Assembly (NCBI RefSeq): GCF_014857065.1
Contig: NZ_CP046533.1
Span: 330,001 to 362,000, forward strand
Direction of reading: 5' to 3'
Length of the DNA stretch: 32,000 bases
From: Candidatus Saccharimonadota bacterium
Lineage (GTDB): Bacteria > Pseudomonadota > Gammaproteobacteria > Enterobacterales > Enterobacteriaceae
Position numbers and translations under genes: made by a program
Notes under the pieces: generated by a model
The model's input: only the letters and a program-made list of their open reading frames with translations
Database searches by the model: none
What the model was told of the DNA's origin: nothing
Part shown: piece by piece, positions 12,103-23,315 of the stretch
Layout of the letters: each line of letters starts with the position of its first letter
Numbering within the stretch: position 1 is the stretch's first letter

Positions 12103-15100
12103 TCACTTAAATAATATACTGTTGAAATATCTTTTCATATATATTTCTTGCATCGATACTACTCTTGCAGTCGCGTCAGCATTAAGGGACATAGTAGTAG
12201 CAAAACTACCATTTAAAGTAGTATCATAATGAATTTTATGTTGTAATGCACTAATACGAATAAGCCCAACGTCTTTAACATCATGATCTTCTGATGAAGT
12301 AGTGTCAATTATATAATTATATTCACCATTTTTAATGTTATTTTGAATAGACACAATGTCCTGATATATATAATTTATTATTAGAGAATTGATACCAACT
12401 TCACTAAAAAGTATAGCAGTACTCTTAGTTACATCTAATTCAAAACCATGACGAAACAACTTCATCACCAAACGCACTATACGATCCTTATCATTCTTGC
12501 ATAAAGATAGTAACACGCGTCCATTTCTTTTAATTCTGGAATACGTGCCAAGCATAGCTTTCGAAAATGCTTCGGCAAAAGTACGACCAATACCCATAGC
12601 CTCACCAGTAGATCGCATTTCAGGACCAAGTATTGGATCAACGCCTGGAAATTTATTAAAGGGTAAGACTACCTCTTTAACTGAAAAATAAGACGGAAGA
12701 ACTTCATGAACAATATTCTGTTCAATTAAAGATATACCTGTCATAACACGAGCAGCAATTTTAGCTAATTCTAAGCCAGTAGCTTTAGAAACAAAAGGAA
12801 TAGTACGAGATGCTCTAGGATTAACTTCTAAAATATATACCTCATTCTCTTTTACTGCTAACTGAACATTAACCAAACCGACTATTTGAAATGCTAATGC
12901 TATCTTTTTTACCTGTTCTCGAATTACAGATTGAATCTCCTTACTTAAAGTATAAGGAGGTAACGAACAAGCAGAATCTCCTGAATGTACTCCAGCCTGT
13001 TCTATATGTTCCATAATACCACCAATTAATATATTTTTACCATCACAAACAGCATCAATATCTACTTCTACAGCGCTATTAAGAAATTTATCGAGCAATA
13101 CTGGAGACCCATTAAATATACTAGAATTTTTAAAATAACAACACAATTCATTTTCATTATGAATTATTTCCATAGCTCTACCACCTAACACATAAGAAGG
13201 ACGTACAACTAAAGGATAACCAATTAACGATGCCTTTTCTATAGCTAAATCTATCGAAATAACAGTCTCATTAACAGGCTGTTTCAACCCCAAATTTTTT
13301 ATCATTTCTTGAAACTTCTTTCGATCTTCTGCTTTATCTATAGAATCTGAATCAGTTCCAATAACAGGAATACCCATATATTTCATGATTTTAGCTAATT
13401 TAAGAGGCGTTTGACCACCAAATTGAATTATCACTCCTGTTGGCTTTTTCACTCTTATAATTTCTAATATATCCTCAAGAGTAATTGGTTCAAAAAAAAG
13501 ATAATCAGAAATATCATAATCAGTAGAAACAGTCTCTGGATTACAATTAACCATCATTATTTTATAACCATCCTGACGCAAAGCTAATGCAGCATGAACA
13601 CAACAATAATCAAACTCAATACCTTGACCAATACGATTTGGACCGCCTCCTAAAATCATTATCTCCTTACTATCTTCTTGAAAATCAAATTCACATTCAT
13701 TATCATATGTCGAATACATATAAGAAGTATTAGTTCCAAACTCTGCAGCACAAGCATCAACTTTCTTATACACCGGATGTAAATTATATTTTTCGCGTAA
13801 TTTACGAATTTTATCTTCAGATACATTAACTAAAAAAGCTAATCTAGCATCAGAAAATCCCTTACGCTTAAGAAACTGTAAATAATCAGCATCAAAGCAA
13901 GATATGCCGCGCGATAACACATCCTGTTCTAAACAAACTAATTCCTTAATTTGCACTAAAAACCAAGGATCAATATTAGTCAAATTAAATATTTTTTCAA
14001 CTGACATACCAGCACGAAATGCATCGGCAATATATAAAATACGATCACTACCAGCATGTTGCAACTCATACGTAATAATATGCAAAGCATCATGAACATT
14101 TAAATCAACTTTGGAATCTAAACCATTTATCCCCACCTCTAATCCACGAAGTGCTTTTTGCAAAGATTCTTGCTGAGTACGCCCAATAGCCATAACCTCA
14201 CCTACAGATTGCATTTGTGTAGTCAATCTATTATTACGTCCAGCAAATTTTTCAAAATTGAAACGTGGAATTTTAGTAACTATATAATCAAAAGAAGGTT
14301 CAAAAGAAGCTGGAATAGAACCACCTGTAATATCATTCATAAGCTCATCAAGAGTATAACCTATTGCTAATTTAGCTGATATCTTTGCAATAGGAAAACC
14401 AGTTGCTTTAGAAGCCAAAGCAGATGAACGAGAAAGACGCGGATTGATCTCAATAACAATTAATCGTCCATTCTTCGGGTTAACAGAAAATTGCACATTA
14501 GAACATCCATTTTTAACACCTACTTCTCGCAGCACCATCATAGATGCATTACGCATAAATTGATATTCCTTATCCGTCAAAGTTTGTGCTGGAGCTATAG
14601 TAATAGAATCTCCAGTATGAATTCCCATAGGATCAAAATTTTCAATCGAACAAACAATAATACAATTATCATTTTCATCTCGTATTACTTCCATTTCATA
14701 TTCTTTCCATCCAATCAGAAATTCATCAATGACTAACTCGGTAGTAGGGGATAAATATAATCCGCGCTCACAAATCTCGATAAAATTTTTATAATCATAA
14801 GCAATACCACCTCCTGTACCTCCCATAGTATATGAGGGACGTATAACACAAGGAAAACCGATATATTTTAGTACAACTATAGCTTCCTCAAGATTATGCG
14901 CGATTCCTGAACGAGCAGTATTTAAGCCTATCTTTTTCATTAGATCACAAAATAAACGACGATTTTCTGCTTTAGCAATAGCACTAGATGTTACACCAAT
15001 AACCTCCACATGAAATTTATTCAATATACCTTCACGCTCTAAATCTAAAATGCAATTCAACGCCGTTTGTCCTCCCATTGTAGGAAGCACGGCATCCGGA

Positions 15101-15345
15101 CGTTCCTTATCTAAAATTTTAGCTACTACTTCCCATTGTATAGGTTCAATATAAGTAACATCAGCCATATCAGGATCCGTCATGATAGTAGCTGGATTTG
15201 AATTAACTACTATGATGCGATAATTTTCTTCACGTAAAGCTTTACATGCCTGCACTCCAGAATAATCAAATTCACACGCTTGCCCAATGACAATAGGTCC
15301 AGCACCAAGAATCAAAATTTTTTTTATATCGGAACGTCTAGGCAT
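12103..15345 (-). CDS. carB: carbamoyl-phosphate synthase large subunit
   Basis: 1080-aa ORF starting [30 protein letters not shown]. It contains the duplicated ATP-grasp halves (second [19 protein letters not shown]) and is colinear with E. coli CarB (1073 aa). Confidence 0.97.
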   Translation of the reverse strand: MPRRSDIKKILILGAGPIVIGQACEFDYSGVQACKALREENYRIIVVNSNPATIMTDPDMADVTYIEPIQWEVVAKILDKERPDAVLPTMGGQTALNCILDLEREGILNKFHVEVIGVTSSAIAKAENRRLFCDLMKKIGLNTARSGIAHNLEEAIVVLKYIGFPCVIRPSYTMGGTGGGIAYDYKNFIEICERGLYLSPTTELVIDEFLIGWKEYEMEVIRDENDNCIIVCSIENFDPMGIHTGDSITIAPAQTLTDKEYQFMRNASMMVLREVGVKNGCSNVQFSVNPKNGRLIVIEINPRLSRSSALASKATGFPIAKISAKLAIGYTLDELMNDITGGSIPASFEPSFDYIVTKIPRFNFEKFAGRNNRLTTQMQSVGEVMAIGRTQQESLQKALRGLEVGINGLDSKVDLNVHDALHIITYELQHAGSDRILYIADAFRAGMSVEKIFNLTNIDPWFLVQIKELVCLEQDVLSRGISCFDADYLQFLKRKGFSDARLAFLVNVSEDKIRKLREKYNLHPVYKKVDACAAEFGTNTSYMYSTYDNECEFDFQEDSKEIMILGGGPNRIGQGIEFDYCCVHAALALRQDGYKIMMVNCNPETVSTDYDISDYLFFEPITLEDILEIIRVKKPTGVIIQFGGQTPLKLAKIMKYMGIPVIGTDSDSIDKAEDRKKFQEMIKNLGLKQPVNETVISIDLAIEKASLIGYPLVVRPSYVLGGRAMEIIHNENELCCYFKNSSIFNGSPVLLDKFLNSAVEVDIDAVCDGKNILIGGIMEHIEQAGVHSGDSACSLPPYTLSKEIQSVIREQVKKIALAFQIVGLVNVQLAVKENEVYILEVNPRASRTIPFVSKATGLELAKIAARVMTGISLIEQNIVHEVLPSYFSVKEVVLPFNKFPGVDPILGPEMRSTGEAMGIGRTFAEAFSKAMLGTYSRIKRNGRVLLSLCKNDKDRIVRLVMKLFRHGFELDVTKSTAILFSEVGINSLIINYIYQDIVSIQNNIKNGEYNYIIDTTSSEDHDVKDVGLIRISALQHKIHYDTTLNGSFATTMSLNADATARVVSMQEIYMKRYFNSILFK

Positions 15346-15359
15346 ACAATATATAATTC

Positions 15360-16511
15360 CTAATAATTATTAACTTTATCGGTACGATATATATCAATTA
15401 ATTTGATGAAATTATCGAAAAAAAATGAAGAATCATGAGGTCCTGGGCTACCTTCAGGATGACCTTGAAAACTAAAAATAGGTTTACTAATATATCGAAT
15501 TCCCTGTAAAGTCCCATCAAATAACGAAACATGAGTAATTTGTAAATGATCAGGTAATGTATCTAAATCTACCGTAAAACCATGATTCTGAGTTGTAATT
15601 ATAACTTTATTAGTTAATAAATCTTTTACCGGATGGTTACTCCCATGATGACCAAATTTCATTTTTATTATTTTTGCTCCATTAGCTAATGCTAATAACT
15701 GATGTCCAAGACAAATTCCAAATAACGGAATATCATAATGCAAAAATGTTTGGATAGAATGAATTGCATAATCGCATGGAGATGGATCTCCAGGACCATT
15801 AGCTAAAAAAATACCATCAGGTATCATTTTCAATACTTGATCTGCTGGAGTTTGTGCCGGTACGACCGTAATTCGACAACCACGATCAACCAACATGCGC
15901 ATGATATTGCGTTTAATACCAAAATCATAAGCTATAATATTATACGGCAAATCTAATGAAGAAAAAAATAATTCACGATTAATACTAATACTACCTTGAT
16001 TCCAAATATATCTTTTACTAGTACTTACCTTTTTTACTAAATCTATGCCACGTAAACCTGGAAATTCTCGTGCTTTACGCAAAGCTAACTCCGGATCTGG
16101 ATTATTACCAGCAAGGATACAACCATTTTGTACTCCTTTGTCACGTAACAACCTTGTCAATTTTCTAGTATCAACATCTGAAATAGCTATAATTTTTTGT
16201 TCAATTAAATAATCGTGTAATGATAAAGTATGACGAAAATTACTAGCAACAAGGGATAAATCCCTAACAACAAGTCCCCTAATTTGAATACAAAATGATT
16301 CACTATCTACATCATTAATTCCAACATTACCAATATGAGGACAAGTTAATACTACTATTTGATGTGAATACGAAGGATCAGTAATAATTTCTTGATAACC
16401 AGTCATCGAAGTATTGAAAACTACCTCACCTACCGTCATCCCATTTACCCCAATAGATCGCCCATAAAATTTAGTTCCATCTTCTAAGACTAATAACGCT
16501 GATTTTACCAA
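15360..16511 (-). CDS. carA: carbamoyl-phosphate synthase small (glutaminase) subunit
   Basis: 383-aa ORF ([30 protein letters not shown] with catalytic Cys, FQGHPE). TTG start at 16511, preceded by GGAGG 6 nt upstream. It ends 14 nt before the carB start. Confidence 0.96.
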   Translation of the reverse strand: MVKSALLVLEDGTKFYGRSIGVNGMTVGEVVFNTSMTGYQEIITDPSYSHQIVVLTCPHIGNVGINDVDSESFCIQIRGLVVRDLSLVASNFRHTLSLHDYLIEQKIIAISDVDTRKLTRLLRDKGVQNGCILAGNNPDPELALRKAREFPGLRGIDLVKKVSTSKRYIWNQGSISINRELFFSSLDLPYNIIAYDFGIKRNIMRMLVDRGCRITVVPAQTPADQVLKMIPDGIFLANGPGDPSPCDYAIHSIQTFLHYDIPLFGICLGHQLLALANGAKIIKMKFGHHGSNHPVKDLLTNKVIITTQNHGFTVDLDTLPDHLQITHVSLFDGTLQGIRYISKPIFSFQGHPEGSPGPHDSSFFFDNFIKLIDIYRTDKVNNY

Positions 16512-16718
16512 TCTTATCCTCCACTATTAAATAATATATTATATTTTGAAATTACTGTAGAAATCAAAACTTAATTTAATAAAACTTATATATAAAATAC
16601 TGCTAAGAATTAATCTCTGAAAATCATTTATTTAAATACAACACAAATACAAATAAAAATTTTAAAACAATCTTAATTAAAATATTAAAAGTTAATAAGA
16701 CACTCATATTCAATTATA

Positions 16719-17552
16719 CTATACTAAACCTAATACATGTAACATATTAAACAAACCAACTTTATCTACATTTAACCAAAAGGCAGCTTGAATTGCACCA
16801 GTAGCATATATTTTACGGTCAAAAGCTTTATGTGCTATTTCTAAACGTTCGCCATCACTAGAAAAAAATACGGTATGTTCTCCTATCGTAGAACCAGATC
16901 GTATAGAAGTCATTTTTACACTACATAATTCTCTTTGTACATTCAAATGTTGATTATAATAATCTAATATAGATTCGCAACAATTATCTTCTGACATAAT
17001 TGTCAAAAGATGCTCTTTCATAGTTAAAGCTGTACCTGATGGAGAATCAATTTTGTCTCGATGATGAATATCAATAATATCTATATCAACGAAATTCTTC
17101 ATAATTTTAGTTGTTATTTGTAATAACTTTAACATTACATTAATTCCAATACTAAAATTAGAAGAAAAAACAATACCAATTTGTCGTGCTGCTTGATGTA
17201 TAACAGATCTTTGAATATCCGTAAAACCTGTGGTGCCTATTACCATATTTTTATTATAACGACAACAAAAATCTATATATTTTAAAGTAGCTTCTGGCCT
17301 AGTAAAATCAATTAAAATATCAAAATCATCTTTGACATCCATAATACAATCACGAATTATTACTCCAAAACTTTCAAAACCAATCAACTTACCAACATCT
17401 GTACCACACAACCTAGAATTTGTTTTCGTCAATGCAGCGCCTAAAATAACTCTATCTGATTTAGATAATGCCCTAACGAGCTGATGTCCCATGCGACCAT
17501 TAATCCCTGAAATACAAACACGGGGTATTAAATTATTTATTTTCTGCATCAT
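16719..17552 (-). CDS. dapB: 4-hydroxy-tetrahydrodipicolinate reductase
   Basis: 277-aa ORF with GINGRMG (NAD(P)H site), DFDILIDFTRPEATL, VIGTTGF, HHRDKIDSPSGTA and ERLEIAHKA, colinear with E. coli DapB. There are tandem ATG ATG at 17552/17549. Confidence 0.94.
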   Translation of the reverse strand: MMQKINNLIPRVCISGINGRMGHQLVRALSKSDRVILGAALTKTNSRLCGTDVGKLIGFESFGVIIRDCIMDVKDDFDILIDFTRPEATLKYIDFCCRYNKNMVIGTTGFTDIQRSVIHQAARQIGIVFSSNFSIGINVMLKLLQITTKIMKNFVDIDIIDIHHRDKIDSPSGTALTMKEHLLTIMSEDNCCESILDYYNQHLNVQRELCSVKMTSIRSGSTIGEHTVFFSSDGERLEIAHKAFDRKIYATGAIQAAFWLNVDKVGLFNMLHVLGLV

Positions 17553-17677
17553 TTTTCACAATCAATTTAAAATTCATAAAACAAACTTCTAATAATATAA
17601 AATACTACACTCTTAAATAATATAAAAACTAATATGTTATCCAAATACATATAAATGATTAGTTATCTGGAATATAT

Positions 17678-17701
17678 AAAATACCTAAAATACCTAAAAT
17701 A
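17678..17701. repeat. tandem 9-mer (aaaatacct) x about 2.7, forming the distal arm of the ispH-stop hairpin
   Basis: Direct reading: aaaatacct (17678..17686), aaaatacct (17687..17695), aaaata (17696..17701). A third, inverted copy lies inside the last ispH codons. Confidence 0.8.
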
Positions 17702-17734
17702 TTCATTTAAGATTTTAATATTTTAGGTATTTTA
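17686..17734 (-). terminator. 18-bp perfect inverted repeat (13-nt loop) spanning the ispH stop codon; candidate intrinsic terminator or RNA-processing hairpin
   Basis: 17686..17703 (taaaatacctaaaatatt) is the exact reverse complement of 17717..17734 (aatattttaggtatttta). The ispH TAA (17709..17707) lies in the loop. On the transcript the stem is followed by GGUAUUUUAUAUAUU. The stem has only two G:C pairs. Confidence 0.4.
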
Positions 17735-18648
17735 AAAATCATATACTCTTTACGCCCACTCATTTCTTCAACGACAAAATTTTTTTTACAAAATTCATGT
17801 AATTTATTTATTACTTGATTTATTAAAACATTCGGTGTTGATGCACCAGCAGTAACACCAATAGTATCTGCATCCTTAACCCAAGATTCTTGAATATCAT
17901 CAGAATTATCAATTAAATACACTTTTTTACCTATCATACATCTCACTAATTCTGCTAATCTACTAGAATTAGACGAATTTCTTGATCCAATGACAAAAAT
18001 AAGATCTGTTTCATAAGCTAAATTACGTACTGCTTCCTGACGATTAATTGTTGCATAACAGATATCATTTTTCCTCGGGCCCTTAATTAAAGGAAATTTA
18101 TTACGTAACGCAGTCACAATTTTCAAAGTATCATCTACAGATAAAGTAGTTTGAGTTACATAACTTAACTTATTTGGATTTTTTACTTGTAGAAGCCAAA
18201 CATCACCTACAGATTCTACTAAATAAATACCACCTAAAATATTACTATATTGTCCCATAATACCTTCTATTTCTGGATGACCAGCATGCCCGACTAAAAT
18301 AGTTTCTACACCATGATTACTAAAATGAAGAACTTCTGAATGCACCTTGCTGACTAAAGGACAAGTGGCATCAAAAATAATTAAATTTCGTTGACTAACT
18401 TCTAATCTTATAGATCTTGATACCCCATGAGCTGAAAAAACCAACACCGACCCATCTGGGACGTCTTTAACATGATTAACAAACACGACACCCCTCCGGC
18501 GCAAATCATCTATTACATAACGGTTATGTACTAATTCATACCTTACGTAAATAGGAGAACCATAATTTCTTAATATTTGGTTTACAATATTAAGAGCACG
18601 ATCTACACCAGCACAAAAACCACGTGGATTAGCTAATAAAACCCTAAT
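17707..18648 (-). CDS. ispH: 4-hydroxy-3-methylbut-2-enyl diphosphate reductase, apparently initiating at ATT
   Basis: The ORF track gives only 17707..18504 (TTG start, 265 aa). The same frame stays open upstream to 18648 and encodes [49 protein letters not shown]. This aligns residue-for-residue with E. coli IspH 1-49 ([19 protein letters not shown]...). An in-frame TAA lies at 18651..18649. The ATT at 18648..18646 aligns with E. coli Met1 and sits 6 nt downstream of GGAGG (18659..18655). Confidence 0.85.
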   Translation of the reverse strand: MRVLLANPRGFCAGVDRALNIVNQILRNYGSPIYVRYELVHNRYVIDDLRRRGVVFVNHVKDVPDGSVLVFSAHGVSRSIRLEVSQRNLIIFDATCPLVSKVHSEVLHFSNHGVETILVGHAGHPEIEGIMGQYSNILGGIYLVESVGDVWLLQVKNPNKLSYVTQTTLSVDDTLKIVTALRNKFPLIKGPRKNDICYATINRQEAVRNLAYETDLIFVIGSRNSSNSSRLAELVRCMIGKKVYLIDNSDDIQESWVKDADTIGVTAGASTPNVLINQVINKLHEFCKKNFVVEEMSGRKEYMIFKIPKILKS

Positions 18649-18741
18649 TTACAACCTCCACTTCTTAAATTGACTCTTGTTATCTTAAAACCATATAAAT
18701 ACACAAACATCAAAAAAAATAACTACTTATACTTAATCGAC

Positions 18742-18772
18742 TAAAATTATATTTATTATAAATATAATTTTA
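18742..18772. repeat. 31-nt perfect all-A/T palindrome overlapping the lspA stop codon
   Basis: taaaattatatttattataaatataatttta has 15-bp arms around the centre at 18757; I checked every pair by hand. The lspA TAA is 18772..18770. It lies in the 121-nt lspA-ispH spacer, where E. coli has fkpB. Confidence 0.7.
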
Positions 18773-19261
18773 TTGTGCACATTTCTTCTCATCAGCTAAA
18801 GTACATGTAAATAAAATTAAACATACACCCAAACATATAGTCAAATCAGCAACATTAAAAATCGGCCAATGCCAACCTTTAATATGTAAATCAATAAAAT
18901 CAATTACCGCACCACGAAGTATTCTATCTAAAAGATTACCTAACCCACCACCAACAATCATAGCATAAGAAACATTAAGCAAGATAATATCATAATCTAA
19001 ACAATACATCATCCACAATAAGAAAAAAATAAGAAATACAGATGCTACAACAAAGAACTGAATATACTGAAACTCTTGTTCACTAAAAATACCAAAAACT
19101 ATTCCAAAATTACAAACAAAACAAAAATTAATTAACGGCCCGTACGATACCATTTCACCAAATACTAAATTATTTACAACCCATTGCTTACTACTAAAAT
19201 CTAAAATAAGTATCAATAATGATAACCATAACCAAGGTAATCCCGTATTTTTTAATGCCAT
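18770..19261 (-). CDS. lspA: lipoprotein signal peptidase II
   Basis: The ORF track starts at 19297 inside ileS. Alignment to E. coli LspA (..[20 protein letters not shown]) favours the ATG at 19261 (MALKNTGLPWLWLSLLILILDFSSK), giving 163 aa. Catalytic-region motifs GGGLGNLLDR and FNVAD are present. Confidence 0.9.
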   Translation of the reverse strand: MALKNTGLPWLWLSLLILILDFSSKQWVVNNLVFGEMVSYGPLINFCFVCNFGIVFGIFSEQEFQYIQFFVVASVFLIFFLLWMMYCLDYDIILLNVSYAMIVGGGLGNLLDRILRGAVIDFIDLHIKGWHWPIFNVADLTICLGVCLILFTCTLADEKKCAQ

Positions 19262-19265
19262 CCTA

Positions 19266-22082
19266 CTAAATAAACCTTCTATCTTCACCAGGACCAAAAA
19301 TATTTAAAATACAACGTTTACAAAGATCTGGATAATCATTATTACTACCAACACCTATTTCATAATGCCAACAACGATGACATTTTTTTCCTTCAGCTTT
19401 TTTCAAAAAAATTTTTAACCCTTCAAATCCTTCATGTAATAATGTTGATTCAAAGTGATTAATATGATTAACAATCATCACTGTTGATGTCAAAAACAAA
19501 AAATAAAGCTCGCTACCCACAACACGTAATTTTTCAGCTAAAGAAGGCTCTGCATATAGAATAATACTAGCTTCTAAAGAAGACTTTATAATACCTTCAG
19601 TACGAGCCTTATTTATCGCTTTATTCACTTCATTACGCACTTGAAACAAAGTGTTCCAATAATCATTGTTCATTAAACAATCATAATCAATATAAAACAA
19701 ACTATCATACCATTCTTCAGTAAAAACGTAATTACTTCTTTTACCAGGAAGACAATTCCAAATTTCACTTGCAGTAAATGAAATAATAGGAGATATCCAA
19801 CGCACCATAGCTTCGATAATATGATATAATGCAGTTTGACAACTTCGACGAGCGATACTATCTGCTTTAGTAGTGTATTGGCGATCTTTAGTTATGTCTA
19901 AATAACAGGACCCCAGCTCCATAGAGCAAAAATTCATTATAAGTTTTATCACATTATGAAAATTATATTCATTGTAAGACATAATGATATCTTTTTGCAC
20001 CGAATATGCCTGTCCAATAACCCATAAATCAAATGCAATCATATTTTCCGGCTTTACAATATGTATAGAAGGATTAAAATCACTAAGATTAGCTAATAGA
20101 AAACGCACAGTATTGCGAATTCTACGATATATATCAATAGAACGTTGTAATATTTCATCTGAAATCGTCATATCACCACAATAATTCGTAGAAGCTACCC
20201 ACAAGCGTAAAATATCAGCACCTAATTTTTCTACTATTTCTTGCGGCGTAACTACGTTTCCTGAAGATTTAGACATCTTGTGCCCAACTGAATCTACTAC
20301 AAAACCATGACTTAACACTTGTCTGTAAGGTGCCTGTTTTTTTATAGCAACAGATATTATTAAAGATGACATAAACCAACCACGATATTGATCTGATCCT
20401 TCTAAATACAAATCACTCACCCCATCTAAAAACTGAGAATACAAAGAAACTACTGAAAAACTTGTAGAGCCTGAATCAAACCAAACATCTAACGTATCAG
20501 TAAGTTTATGATAAAATGCTGCGTCACTTCCAATCAAATCAATAGGATCTAAATCCCACCACGCCTGTATACCTTTCTTCTCAATTAATTTAGCAATATG
20601 TTCAATAAAATCAACAGTACATGGGTGTAAAGAATAATTATACTTGTGTATAAAAACGGGGATAGGCACTCCCCAATAACGTTGGCGAGAGATACACCAA
20701 TCAGGTCTATTAACAATCATCAATCTCATGCGCGATTTTTCTTTTTTAGGTATCCAATCTACTTTATCTATTTCTTCCAGTATTTGTTCACGTAAATGAT
20801 GTTTATCTAAACTAATGAACCATTGAGGAGTGGCGCGAAAAATAATAGGAGATTTATGACGCCAACAATGAGGATAACTATGATGTATATTTTCTGCATA
20901 AAATAAATTACCTAACTTCTCTAATAAATGTATAATTACTTTATTAGCTTTGAAACATTGAAGTCCGTCTAATTCAGAAAAGGTATTTTTTACAAAAACC
21001 CCATCTGAACTGATAGAATCAACTATCTCTAATTGATACTGTTGACCAATGATATAATCGTCAAAACCATGTGCTGGTGCAGTATGTATTATACCAGTAC
21101 CAGCGTGCAACACTACATGTTTACCTAAAATTACAGGAACATTAAAATTCATAAAAGGATGGCTAAATATAGTCCATTCCAATTGACTACCTTTGATACT
21201 ACCAAGTATTTTCCAGTCTAAAATACCAGAAGATTTCATAATCTTCTCCACTGAAAAAGATGCAAAAATAAATCTTTTATTTTTAATTTCTACTAACTGA
21301 TAATCAAAATTAGGATGAACAGCAAGAGCACGATTATCAGGTAAACTCCAAGGAGTAGTCGTCCAAACAACTAAAGAAACAGGTATATCAGAATATGGCA
21401 AACCATATTTGAACAAAATCTCATGAGAATCTACAGCCGAAAAATTAACGTAAATAGAAGGAGAAACACAATCGTAATGCTCAACTTCTGCTTCAGCTAG
21501 TACAGAACAACAATCAATGCACCAATGAACCGGTTTAATACCTCTATAAACATAACCATTAGCGATTATTTTGCCTAAAGATCGTATAACGTTTGCTTCA
21601 ATAACATAATCCATCGTTAAATAAGGATTAGACCAATCACCTAATATACCCAGCCTAATAAAGTCCTCCTTTTGCTTAATTACTTGAGTAATAGCATAAT
21701 CACGACAAACTGTACGAAATTTGGAAAAATTCACTTTCTTTCCAGCCGTACCTATTAATTGCTCAACCTTTAACTCTATAGGTAATCCATGACAATCCCA
21801 ACCAGGTATGTAAGGAGCATCATAACCCATCAATCCTTTAAACTTGACAATAATATCCTTAAGAATTTTATTTACTGCATGTCCAATATGGATATTACCG
21901 TTAACATAAGGAGGACCATCATGTAAAAAGAAAATCTTTTTTCCTTTTTTGATATAACGAATCAGCTCATAAAGATTATCATCATACCAATTTTTTAATA
22001 TAAGTGGTTCAATACGTACTAAATTAGCCTTCATAGGTAATTTAGTACTAGGCAAATTTAAAGTATATTTATAATCAACCAT
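19266..22082 (-). CDS. ileS: isoleucine--tRNA ligase
   Basis: 938-aa ORF starting MVDYKYTLNLPSTKLPM, with HIGH-type (NGNIHIGHAVNK) and KMSKS (HKMSKSSGN) class I signatures. The C-terminal zinc-binding CHRCWHY...CKRC matches E. coli IleS (938 aa). Confidence 0.97.
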   Translation of the reverse strand: MVDYKYTLNLPSTKLPMKANLVRIEPLILKNWYDDNLYELIRYIKKGKKIFFLHDGPPYVNGNIHIGHAVNKILKDIIVKFKGLMGYDAPYIPGWDCHGLPIELKVEQLIGTAGKKVNFSKFRTVCRDYAITQVIKQKEDFIRLGILGDWSNPYLTMDYVIEANVIRSLGKIIANGYVYRGIKPVHWCIDCCSVLAEAEVEHYDCVSPSIYVNFSAVDSHEILFKYGLPYSDIPVSLVVWTTTPWSLPDNRALAVHPNFDYQLVEIKNKRFIFASFSVEKIMKSSGILDWKILGSIKGSQLEWTIFSHPFMNFNVPVILGKHVVLHAGTGIIHTAPAHGFDDYIIGQQYQLEIVDSISSDGVFVKNTFSELDGLQCFKANKVIIHLLEKLGNLFYAENIHHSYPHCWRHKSPIIFRATPQWFISLDKHHLREQILEEIDKVDWIPKKEKSRMRLMIVNRPDWCISRQRYWGVPIPVFIHKYNYSLHPCTVDFIEHIAKLIEKKGIQAWWDLDPIDLIGSDAAFYHKLTDTLDVWFDSGSTSFSVVSLYSQFLDGVSDLYLEGSDQYRGWFMSSLIISVAIKKQAPYRQVLSHGFVVDSVGHKMSKSSGNVVTPQEIVEKLGADILRLWVASTNYCGDMTISDEILQRSIDIYRRIRNTVRFLLANLSDFNPSIHIVKPENMIAFDLWVIGQAYSVQKDIIMSYNEYNFHNVIKLIMNFCSMELGSCYLDITKDRQYTTKADSIARRSCQTALYHIIEAMVRWISPIISFTASEIWNCLPGKRSNYVFTEEWYDSLFYIDYDCLMNNDYWNTLFQVRNEVNKAINKARTEGIIKSSLEASIILYAEPSLAEKLRVVGSELYFLFLTSTVMIVNHINHFESTLLHEGFEGLKIFLKKAEGKKCHRCWHYEIGVGSNNDYPDLCKRCILNIFGPGEDRRFI

Positions 22083-22122
22083 ATAAATCTTAAATTTTAT
22101 AATTTAAATAATACGACAAAAC

Positions 22123-23043
22123 CTATAGACCAAAATAATTACGAGCAGATAAAACATCATTCCTAATTTGATCCTTTAATTTTTCTAAAGAAATAAACGT
22201 CTTTTCATCACGCATCTTACTACATATTACTACATCTAAATATATACCATATAAATTTAAAGTAACATCTAATAAATGCACCTCAAACTCTTGATGTGAC
22301 CCCAAAACAGTTGGTCTTAAACCAATATTAGCTAATCCAGGCAAAGGATCCTTCATTATACCATAAATTTTTACTATGTATACGCCACGAATAGGAAGTT
22401 GATAACCTTTTAATAATATATTAGCAGTAGGAAATCCAATAGTTTTACCCAATGCATTACCATGTACTACACGACCAGAGATACAATAAGGATGACCAAG
22501 TAATACTTCAGCATCAGTTAACCTATCCTGCATTAACGCAATACGTACAGCACTACTACTAATACGCTGTCCTTCTTCAATACAAGTGACAATACTAATT
22601 ACCTCAAAACCAGCATTTTTACTAAATTGGTGTAACAATGCAGAATTTCCTCGTCTATTCACTCCAAAACAAAAATCACCACCTATACAAATAAGACGAA
22701 CATTCAATTTATTAATTAATAATTTATTAATAAAAGTATATGCTCCGATTTTAGAAAATTTTTTATTAAAAGCAACACATAAAACCATATCTATTTTTGC
22801 ATTGGCAAGATATTTTAATTTATTACGTAAATTAGCTAATCGTATCTTATCTCCAATAAAAAATTCTTGTGGTTGAGGTTCAAAAATCATCACCATACTT
22901 CGTAAGTTACGCTTATAACATTCAGTTTGTAAACATGAAATTAAAAATTGATGGCCACGATGAAAACCATCAAAATTACCAATAGTCAACGCACAACCAC
23001 GATGCCTTAACTTTAAATTATGTACACCACGAATTAATTCCAT
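22123..23043 (-). CDS. ribF: bifunctional riboflavin kinase / FMN adenylyltransferase
   Basis: 306-aa ORF (MELIRGVHNL, TIGNFDGFHRGHQ, ISSSAVR, GFPTANI, GLANIGLRPT, EVHLLD) colinear with E. coli RibF. It lies immediately upstream of ileS, as in E. coli. Confidence 0.95.
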   Translation of the reverse strand: MELIRGVHNLKLRHRGCALTIGNFDGFHRGHQFLISCLQTECYKRNLRSMVMIFEPQPQEFFIGDKIRLANLRNKLKYLANAKIDMVLCVAFNKKFSKIGAYTFINKLLINKLNVRLICIGGDFCFGVNRRGNSALLHQFSKNAGFEVISIVTCIEEGQRISSSAVRIALMQDRLTDAEVLLGHPYCISGRVVHGNALGKTIGFPTANILLKGYQLPIRGVYIVKIYGIMKDPLPGLANIGLRPTVLGSHQEFEVHLLDVTLNLYGIYLDVVICSKMRDEKTFISLEKLKDQIRNDVLSARNYFGL

Positions 23044-23259
23044 AACTAATTGAAAATCATTAAAATAAAATAAATTAAATTACATTGTACTTATATTTAT
23101 TACAAAAATTTTATTAAATCAATTACAATTGCAATATTCAAAAAAATTTGATATCTTATAAAATTAATTTTCAATGTAAATATACAATCATCTAATTCTA
23201 TGATTATAGTATAACCCTAATTATAAAATTACACATTTTATTGATTAATTTATTCTTAA

Positions 23260-23289
23260 TTGACAAAATATAAGGTAGATTAATAACAT
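23260..23289 (+). promoter_or_regulatory. sigma-70-type promoter candidate for rpsT
   Basis: A perfect TTGACA at 23260..23265 is followed at 15-18 nt by weak -10 candidates (TAATAA / TAACAT), about 30 nt upstream of the rpsT TTG start. The -10 is ambiguous in this A/T-rich context. Confidence 0.3.
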
Positions 23290-23315
23290 AAATAATATTG
23301 AAAAGGAACTAAACA

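Noticed and set aside
12497-14736. Four plus-strand ORFs (12497..12691, 13904..14095, 14158..14370, 14491..14736) antisense to carB
   Set aside because: They are shadow ORFs inside a highly conserved gene, with no independent coding signal. The same reasoning applies to 5952..6149, 10699..10887, 19984..20184, 22586..22876, 23369..23566, 29288..29476 and 30929..31120.
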